Made by a program: the position numbers and the translations under genes
Source: Candidatus Dojkabacteria bacterium
GTDB lineage: Bacteria; Patescibacteriota; Dojkabacteria; JAOAGR01
NCBI GenBank assembly: GCA_026415655.1
Contig: JAOAGR010000002.1
Location: 5-64,004 of the forward strand
DNA: 64,000 nt
Direction of reading: 5' to 3'
The notes under the pieces: model-generated
Seen by the model: the letters and a program-made list of their open reading frames with translations, nothing else
What the model was told of the DNA's origin: nothing
Database searches by the model: none
In this document: positions 57,284 through 64,000 of the stretch, one piece after another
Numbering within the stretch: the first letter of the stretch is position 1
How the letters are laid out: each line of letters opens with the position of its first letter

Positions 57284-59443
57284 ATGATCAGAGATCTAAA
57301 TAGTCTTTTTTATCCCAAAAAAATAGCGATATATGGCGTTTCTCGAGATGAAAATGCCTTAGGAAATAGTATTTTACGTAATATTATTGAATCGGGATAT
57401 AAGGGAAAAATTTATCCTATTCATAAAGAGTTGGAAACTATATATAGTCTTTCTGTTTATAAAAATATTAAAGATATAAATGATACACTAGATTTGGTTT
57501 TGATTTCTGTAAAAGCTGATTTTGTATTGGATATATTACAACAATGCGTGTCTTTCGGAGTAAAAAATTTTTGTATCTATAGCGCTGGTTTCGGTGAAAT
57601 GGGCGATAGTGGAGATGAAAGAGAGAAAATACTTCAAGAATTTGCAGATCGACATCAACTTAATATTCTTGGTCCTAATTGTTTGGGATTTGTAAATAAT
57701 GACATCAAGCTCAATGCGACTTTTGCTCTAGCCAATAATAGAACAGGAAATCTAAGATTTATTACACAATCTGGTGCTATAGCTTCGAGTTTTTTTGATT
57801 GGGCCACCCATAACAAAATCCATTTTTCACATTTTGTCACTTTAGGTAATAAGACAGTTTTAAATGAAGTAGATATACTACGTTATTTTGATTCAATAGA
57901 TCGAGATGAAGCCAACACTGATACTGAATTAGCATCTGTCTGTCCTATTGGACTTTATTTAGAATCAATAAATAATGGTGTGGATTTTGTAGATATAACA
58001 TCAAAAATTTCCTTAAAACATCCTATCTTTTTATTGAAGCCAGGAAGGAGTACAACAGCCCAAAAAGCTATTTCGTCTCATACTGGTTCTATGGCTAATG
58101 ATGATCGGGTTTTAGATACCGCAATTCGAGAGTCAGGCATTTTAAGATGCGATGGTATAGAAGACTTTTTTGATTTGGCAAAGGCATTTGCTTGGGAAGA
58201 TGCTCCTTTAGGGCCAAATGTCGTTGTGCTTACTAATGCAGGAGGTCCTGCTGTGGTACTATCTGATGCTATTGAACAAAATGGACTAAAGTTAGTTTAC
58301 ATTGACGATAAAAATAAGCATAGACTTCAAAGCATATTACCACCATCAGCTAGTATTAATAATCCCATTGATGTATTGGGTGATGCACCAGCACTTCGGT
58401 ATATAGAAGCTTTAGATATTGTTTTATCACAAAGCAATGTTCATGCCGCAATACTTGTTCTCACTCCCCAGATAATGACTGAAATTTCCAAAACTGCGGA
58501 AATGATAGCTAGAATAGCTTCTATTCACAGAAAGACGGTTATCTGTTCTTTCATGGGTAGTAGCCAAATTGTTAATGGAGAAGAAATTTTAAACATGCAT
58601 AAAATACCAAATTTTAGGTATCCAGAAAGAGCAGCAAAAGTACTTGGCATAATGTACAGATGGAGGCAGTATGTAATTGATGCATTGCATGAAATGAAAT
58701 CTCCTATTTTATTTACTGATGAATCTGTACCAAATGATGGCGTTTTGCTTTTGTTTGATAACCTAAAAAATAAATATACAACACATCACAACCGTCAAAT
58801 AAATTTATCAAACTACGAGGTTAATGAAATTTTTACTCTTCATAATATAAATGTGCCAGCAAGTAGAGTTGTTACTAGTTTTGATGAATGTTTGGATTTT
58901 GTTAATACAAACGGGTTTCCTGTAGTCATGAAGATAATTTCAAGAAATCTCGTACATAAATTTGACGTTGGGGGTGTTATAACAGGTATCAATACACAAA
59001 GAAAATTAAAGAAAAGCTTTGATAAGATGAATAATAATATAAAAAGTCTTAATCTGACTGAAGCTTCGATACAGATTCAAAAACAATGCCAAAAAGGTGT
59101 TGAGCTCATAGTAGGGTTAAAAAGGGATCGATCATTTGGTGATTTGATTTTGTTTGGGATGGGAGGCACGTATGCGGAATTAATATCTGATATAAATATG
59201 GCATTATTACCATTGGATTATCATAAAATTAAGAGTCTCGTGCATTCATCAAGAGTATTTAGATTACTAAGTGGCTATCGTAACGGCGAAGTTTATGACC
59301 TAGAACCTCTTTATGATTTTCTTTTTAGATTTTCACAGCTATTAGAATTATATCCTCAAATACAAGAAATCGAGGTTAATCCGTTGATTGTAAATACTAA
59401 TGGAATATGGGCAGTTGATGGAAAGGCAGTATTGAGTACTTAA
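57284..59443 (+). CDS. ADP-forming acetate/acyl-CoA ligase, fused alpha-beta
   Basis: LGPNCLG, TQSGA, LGNK, SHTGS phospho-His, TNAGG, NPIDVLGDA, C-terminal ATP-grasp (HK.DVGGV, EVNPL). Confidence 0.92.
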   Translation: MIRDLNSLFYPKKIAIYGVSRDENALGNSILRNIIESGYKGKIYPIHKELETIYSLSVYKNIKDINDTLDLVLISVKADFVLDILQQCVSFGVKNFCIYSAGFGEMGDSGDEREKILQEFADRHQLNILGPNCLGFVNNDIKLNATFALANNRTGNLRFITQSGAIASSFFDWATHNKIHFSHFVTLGNKTVLNEVDILRYFDSIDRDEANTDTELASVCPIGLYLESINNGVDFVDITSKISLKHPIFLLKPGRSTTAQKAISSHTGSMANDDRVLDTAIRESGILRCDGIEDFFDLAKAFAWEDAPLGPNVVVLTNAGGPAVVLSDAIEQNGLKLVYIDDKNKHRLQSILPPSASINNPIDVLGDAPALRYIEALDIVLSQSNVHAAILVLTPQIMTEISKTAEMIARIASIHRKTVICSFMGSSQIVNGEEILNMHKIPNFRYPERAAKVLGIMYRWRQYVIDALHEMKSPILFTDESVPNDGVLLLFDNLKNKYTTHHNRQINLSNYEVNEIFTLHNINVPASRVVTSFDECLDFVNTNGFPVVMKIISRNLVHKFDVGGVITGINTQRKLKKSFDKMNNNIKSLNLTEASIQIQKQCQKGVELIVGLKRDRSFGDLILFGMGGTYAELISDINMALLPLDYHKIKSLVHSSRVFRLLSGYRNGEVYDLEPLYDFLFRFSQLLELYPQIQEIEVNPLIVNTNGIWAVDGKAVLST

Positions 59444-59451
59444 GAGATTAT

Positions 59452-60153
59452 TTGCTAGAATCCTCTAGCATGACATTATATTTTTTAGAAAATATAGAAC
59501 TTGTAATATTATTATTACTTTTAACATCTCTTGTTACGACTGTATTTCGCAATATTATTGGAATAAAGACTTTGAATATTTATATAGTATTAATTTATGC
59601 TGTAATTTTTGTGTCTAATGCGTACTACATCTTTTTTGTAAATACAGAGTTTGATTATTGGATAATTCTATTTTCTTTGTTACATATTTTCTTAATATTT
59701 ATTTTGCATTACATTACTCTCATTTTTTATAAAAAAATAGTGTCTGGATTAAATATTCATTATTATGCAAAAGTTTCTCTGGCAACGACCTCTTTCCTAT
59801 TATTAGTATATGGTATCTCTATGATATTCAATTTGACAGATCTATATACGAATAGATCCAAATTAGCACTAGTATTAACTATTTTATTGCTTTCATTTAC
59901 TCTAGAACCATTATCATCTTTACTTATGCAGAAAGGATTAAAAACTTTTAATGAAATATACAAAAATACACTTTTTGGATGTTTAATCATATCGATAATC
60001 ATTATTTTATTTATTACATACCTACATAATATGTTGAATATTTGGTTATTTTTTATATTTGCATTATTAATAATTATCTATTTAGGAAAGTTTGCAGGAC
60101 TAAGATTAACCGAGATATATAGATTTAGAGAGATTATCAAAAAAAATGATTAA
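59452..60153 (+). CDS. 7TM-domain protein of the inactive-transglutaminase-associated family (ATG 59470 possible)
   Basis: FRNIIGIKT and GKFAGLRLTEIYRF signatures; 7 hydrophobic segments. Confidence 0.8.
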   Translation: MLESSSMTLYFLENIELVILLLLLTSLVTTVFRNIIGIKTLNIYIVLIYAVIFVSNAYYIFFVNTEFDYWIILFSLLHIFLIFILHYITLIFYKKIVSGLNIHYYAKVSLATTSFLLLVYGISMIFNLTDLYTNRSKLALVLTILLLSFTLEPLSSLLMQKGLKTFNEIYKNTLFGCLIISIIIILFITYLHNMLNIWLFFIFALLIIIYLGKFAGLRLTEIYRFREIIKKND

Positions 60154-60156
60154 ATT

Positions 60157-61578
60157 ATGTTTTTTTTATCAAGACTCAAAACAATTCTTGGTATTAATGA
60201 GAGAAATTTGAAATATATTAGGCCATATAATCCTGTCAAATATAGAAAATATGCTGATAACAAATTATTAACAAAAAAAATTTTATTAAAAAATAATATT
60301 CCTACTCCAAAATTGATTGCTATTATAAAAGACTATGAGCGACTTGAAAAATTTAATTTTAATAAATTGCCAGATAGTATTGTTGTAAAACCACAAAAAG
60401 GATTTGGTGGAGAGGGAATATTAATCTTTTTTTCAAACGATAAGTATGGAAATTGGCTCAAAGCTGATAAAACAAGATATTCTATTGAAGATTTAAAAAA
60501 ACATATAAGAAACATATTAGATGGTAACTTTTCTCTTAAAAATGAACCCGATATTGCATTTTTCGAAGAAAGAGTAATGCTACATCCTGATCTTAAAAAA
60601 TATGCATCCAGAGGAATGCCTGATATACGTGTTATTGTTTTTAATCAGGTACCTATTATGGCACAGCTGCGATTGCCTACTTTTGAATGTGATGGAAAAG
60701 CCAATTTGCATGCTGGTGGAGTCGGGGTTGGCATAGATCTCACAAGCGGTGTTACTACAACTGCTGTGCATAAAGACAGAGTCATTGAATATCATCCTGA
60801 TAATAATTTACCTTTGCGAGGAATAGCTATTCCTTATTGGAATAAAATTTTAGAATTGGCAGTGAAGGCTCAGACCGTTTCTAAATTAGGTTTTGTTGGA
60901 GTTGATATCGTATTAGATCGTTTAAAGGGGCCTATGGTTTTAGAAATCAATGCACGACCGGGATTAGCGATCCAGATAGCAAATCAAGATGGAGTGAAAG
61001 ATAGACTGGAACGTATTGTGGGATTAAAAATTAAGAATCCGAGTCATGGTATAAAAGTAGGAAAAAATCTTTTTGGTGGAGAAATAGAAGAGGAGATTGA
61101 ACAATTTTCAGGAAAGAAAATTATCGGTTATGTTGAATATATTTATCTTTATGGAAGAAACGAAGAAAAAATAAAAATAAAATGTAAAAATGACACAGGT
61201 GCTTTTTATTCATCGATAGATGAAGATCTCGCTTCTATTCTTGGTTACAAAGAGGCAATTGTAGAATTTAAACAATTTATTAAAGATCACAACTTAACTG
61301 ATCTCAAAACTGCAAAAAAAATCAAAATCATTTGTGCTAAATTTTTTGAAGAGCATCCTGAAATACAGGATATTGCGTTGATCAAGCAGAGTAATGGCTT
61401 TGAAATACGCCCGATTATACGTTTGAAATTTGAATTAAATGATGTTGTCAAAGTCACAGATTTTACAGTAACGTCTAGAAAAAAGACTTCATTAATATAT
61501 AAAGCAATTCTTGGTCGTAAAGCGTTAAGAAAAAACTTTATCATAATACCAGCCGGAAAATTTAAATCTATCAAATAA
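60157..61578 (+). CDS. Alpha-L-glutamate-ligase-like ATP-grasp fused to a RimB-like retropepsin protease
   Basis: ILGINERN, KP..G.GG.GI, DIRVIV, GKANLHAGG, LEINARPGLAIQIAN; C-terminal IG.VE...DTGA..SSID...RP...ILGR. Confidence 0.88.
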   Translation: MFFLSRLKTILGINERNLKYIRPYNPVKYRKYADNKLLTKKILLKNNIPTPKLIAIIKDYERLEKFNFNKLPDSIVVKPQKGFGGEGILIFFSNDKYGNWLKADKTRYSIEDLKKHIRNILDGNFSLKNEPDIAFFEERVMLHPDLKKYASRGMPDIRVIVFNQVPIMAQLRLPTFECDGKANLHAGGVGVGIDLTSGVTTTAVHKDRVIEYHPDNNLPLRGIAIPYWNKILELAVKAQTVSKLGFVGVDIVLDRLKGPMVLEINARPGLAIQIANQDGVKDRLERIVGLKIKNPSHGIKVGKNLFGGEIEEEIEQFSGKKIIGYVEYIYLYGRNEEKIKIKCKNDTGAFYSSIDEDLASILGYKEAIVEFKQFIKDHNLTDLKTAKKIKIICAKFFEEHPEIQDIALIKQSNGFEIRPIIRLKFELNDVVKVTDFTVTSRKKTSLIYKAILGRKALRKNFIIIPAGKFKSIK

Positions 61579-61620
61579 ACGCTTGAAAAATATTAATTTA
61601 ATCTGTAAATTATAATTAAG

Positions 61621-62628
61621 ATGAGATATTTGATGAGGAAATTTCATTTTTTTTTATTTTTAATTTTTATCTTCGTATTAATTAATGTTTTACTTAATCA
61701 GTTAAATAATGACGCCATTGCGTTATCAATATCAGGATCTAATATAAATACCCAAAATATACCAGTAAATACAAACACTTCACTAAGTGTTGTAATAAAT
61801 CCAAATCAAAATATAACATCGACAGATAATATTAAATTGACTCTTGGAGGATTAATAAATAATGTTGTTTTTGATTCATCAAATGTGCAGATATTAGGAT
61901 GTTCGGGTACTCCCTTAATCATTTCCTCGCCTATTAATACAATGCAACCCAATCTGATAGTTAGTGGAATCAATTGTCCCATAAATGGAAGTATTACTAC
62001 CAATTTAAGTAATAACTCATTAAATTCTGTAAGCATTCCTGGAGTATATTTGATTCAGGTATTTATAAATGGTGCTCTATACGATACATATACAATATCT
62101 GTTGGAGGTGATAATTCTGTGGTCATCTCTGGACAAATTAATTATAGATTAAGATTTCGTGTTTATCCAGAAAAAAGGACACCATCGTTTGGAAATTTCT
62201 CGAATGTTTATTTACTTCAGATCATAAATCCAATTACTAATACAATTGTCTATCAGAAATCTGGTATAGTAGCTGATAATAACGGTGAATTTGAAGAATT
62301 TATACCATCCCAATACCTACCACATGGAATATACAAAGTACGTATAAAAGGTATTTCACATCTATCAAAAGATTTTAATAATGTACAAATTAAAAATAAT
62401 ACTAACTTTTATAATTTTACGTCTGGAGGAAATTTTCTATTAGCGGGTGATACTTCTGTTATAGAAGATGATTTGATTAATTCTTTAGACATTAGTAGGT
62501 TGGAGAAAACACTGTTTACAAATATATTGAGAAGTGACCTTAATAAGGATGGGTACGTAAATTCGCTTGACATGTCAATACAGGCTTATAATATCAATAA
62601 ATATAATATTTATGGCGAATCCTTGTAA
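61621..62628 (+). CDS. Secreted protein with a C-terminal dockerin-like domain
   Basis: Signal/TM, Asn-rich beta domains, tandem GDTSVIEDDLINSLD and SDLNKDGYVNSLD Ca-loop repeats. Confidence 0.75.
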   Translation: MRYLMRKFHFFLFLIFIFVLINVLLNQLNNDAIALSISGSNINTQNIPVNTNTSLSVVINPNQNITSTDNIKLTLGGLINNVVFDSSNVQILGCSGTPLIISSPINTMQPNLIVSGINCPINGSITTNLSNNSLNSVSIPGVYLIQVFINGALYDTYTISVGGDNSVVISGQINYRLRFRVYPEKRTPSFGNFSNVYLLQIINPITNTIVYQKSGIVADNNGEFEEFIPSQYLPHGIYKVRIKGISHLSKDFNNVQIKNNTNFYNFTSGGNFLLAGDTSVIEDDLINSLDISRLEKTLFTNILRSDLNKDGYVNSLDMSIQAYNINKYNIYGESL

Positions 62629-64000
62629 TAAAAATTTAAGTATTATTTTACTTTTTAGTATCTTTATTATTTTTGTACTTTTTTTGAGTTTAAATTTCAG
62701 GATTTATGCTCTTACGAAAAATGGACAGTTTTATTTTGAAAATGATGTGTATGAAGTACCTCAAAATTGTGAGTATCCTCTTAAGCTGATAGTGGATCCG
62801 GGATCAAATCTAAGCAATGCTGCAGATGTTATATTAAAGTACAATCCAAATGATATTGAGATTATAGATAGTATTCAAAATGTTCCAGGAAAACAGATAC
62901 AGCCGGGAAATGCATATGAATATTATCCTTCAACAGGTAATATTGTGGACGAAACCAGTGGTACAATAAGACTTGTTGGTGTTTCTTATGACAAAATCCT
63001 TGACAAAAAAGGAGTTTTCACCATTATCAAAATCAAATTGAAGTCTAATACTGCAAATATAAATATTGTATTTGATGGGATTGATAAGACGACAGATAGT
63101 AATATTGCCGAATATAATTCGAGTATAGATATTCTTTCACAAGTAAAAAGCGTACAATTGAAAAAATCTAATAGCGCATCTTGTCCGCAAGAAGACGTTG
63201 TTCCACCAAATATATTGGTAAATTCTAGTTATGTACAGATGAAAAATGGTGGTAAGTTGGTATTTATTGTCTCTGATAATCTGTCTGGTATAAATCTAAA
63301 TTCATTAAAAGTTGTTGTAGGAGATAAAGTTTATGATTATGGATCGAACAGTATTGGTATTATTCCAGTAAGTAATGGATACCAGATAGAGTTGGTACTT
63401 GATGATATATCTTTTGATAGTGACTTTATATCATTTAGTATTATAGTTTCTGATAAAGCCGGAAATGTAAACAGTGTTAATACTAATTTAACAGAGGCAA
63501 AACAGAACATGACAGAATGTAACTGTCCTAGTATACAAAACAACGCAGACAACGATTTAGACGAGGATAAAAGTGACCTCTATATCGCGCAAAATCAATA
63601 TCGCAACTTAAATGAACAAATTTTTGGATTTTTACCACAAAATTTATCATTTGTATCAGATGCCGGATTTATTGCCCCATTTACTCTTGCCATAACCTTA
63701 CCGCTTCTATATTTTATTTCGGCGTTAGTTTCTTCATTTTTGAGCGGCGGATTTTTGGTTCCATTTTTATTGAGCCTTTTTCGTAGGAAAGGAAATATTA
63801 AAGTACTGGATTCTATTTCTAAAGAAGGTATCCCTTTTGTTAAAGTAAAAGTTTATCAGAGAGGTTATGATAAAGTTATAAAACAATATGTTACATCACC
63901 TTTTGGTTCATTTGATTTTGACCTTTATGATGGATTTTATACATTAGAATTGGAAAAACGTGGATACCAGAATCTTAGATACGAACTTAATCATACTGAT
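62612..64000 (+). CDS. Membrane protein with cohesin-like, Ig-like and carboxypeptidase-regulatory-like domains (3' truncated; not in ORF track)
   Basis: Open frame from ATG 62612 to the window end (463 codons): signal, AADVILKYNP...GTIRLVG...DSNIAE...DIL (cohesin-like), DVVPP...SDNLSGI...DKAGN (Ig-like), TM hairpin, GIPFVKV...GFYTLELEKRGY. Confidence 0.75.
   Translation, partial: MANPCNKNLSIILLFSIFIIFVLFLSLNFRIYALTKNGQFYFENDVYEVPQNCEYPLKLIVDPGSNLSNAADVILKYNPNDIEIIDSIQNVPGKQIQPGNAYEYYPSTGNIVDETSGTIRLVGVSYDKILDKKGVFTIIKIKLKSNTANINIVFDGIDKTTDSNIAEYNSSIDILSQVKSVQLKKSNSASCPQEDVVPPNILVNSSYVQMKNGGKLVFIVSDNLSGINLNSLKVVVGDKVYDYGSNSIGIIPVSNGYQIELVLDDISFDSDFISFSIIVSDKAGNVNSVNTNLTEAKQNMTECNCPSIQNNADNDLDEDKSDLYIAQNQYRNLNEQIFGFLPQNLSFVSDAGFIAPFTLAITLPLLYFISALVSSFLSGGFLVPFLLSLFRRKGNIKVLDSISKEGIPFVKVKVYQRGYDKVIKQYVTSPFGSFDFDLYDGFYTLELEKRGYQNLRYELNHTD

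Noticed and set aside
1-64000. Alternative genetic code (TGA=Gly, as in Gracilibacteria/SR1)
   Set aside because: TGA terminates map, infA, ftsK and others at the expected ends, and conserved genes are uninterrupted in code 11.

Overview
A low-GC, gene-dense bacterial contig start in standard code 11 (TGA is used as a stop). Bases 1-18 are an untrimmed Nextera/Tn5 mosaic-end adapter. Gene content points to a Patescibacteria/CPR organism, possibly Dojkabacteria/Microgenomates-like; this is inferred from the missing rpmD in the spc operon, divergent r-proteins, almost no Shine-Dalgarno sites and a fused ADP-forming acyl-CoA synthetase. Left arm: branched-chain amino acid genes (partial ilvD, ilvC, ilvB), tRNA-Leu, a GtrA/GT2/GT-C glycosylation trio, murB and a PduO-type adenosyltransferase. 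Centre: a ~16.5 kb tuf-S10-spc-alpha-rplM-rpsI superoperon, followed by tRNA-Phe and tRNA-Val. It carries an inserted SPOUT methyltransferase, a SecY with two extra predicted TM helices, an extended L36 and an RpoA with no alpha-CTD. Right arm: ftsK, grpE, rel with an upstream pseudo-Fic, cell-wall genes, infC-rpmI-rplT-greA, serS, asnS, ssb, murA, a degenerate secD/secF-like pair, recO, an M16 peptidase, ruvX and acd. It ends with a 7TM gene plus an ATP-grasp/aspartyl-protease fusion, and an adjacent dockerin/cohesin gene pair. Three genes absent from the ORF track were read by hand: partial ilvD, rpmJ and the terminal cohesin gene. All family assignments come from motif recognition by eye; no database searches were run.
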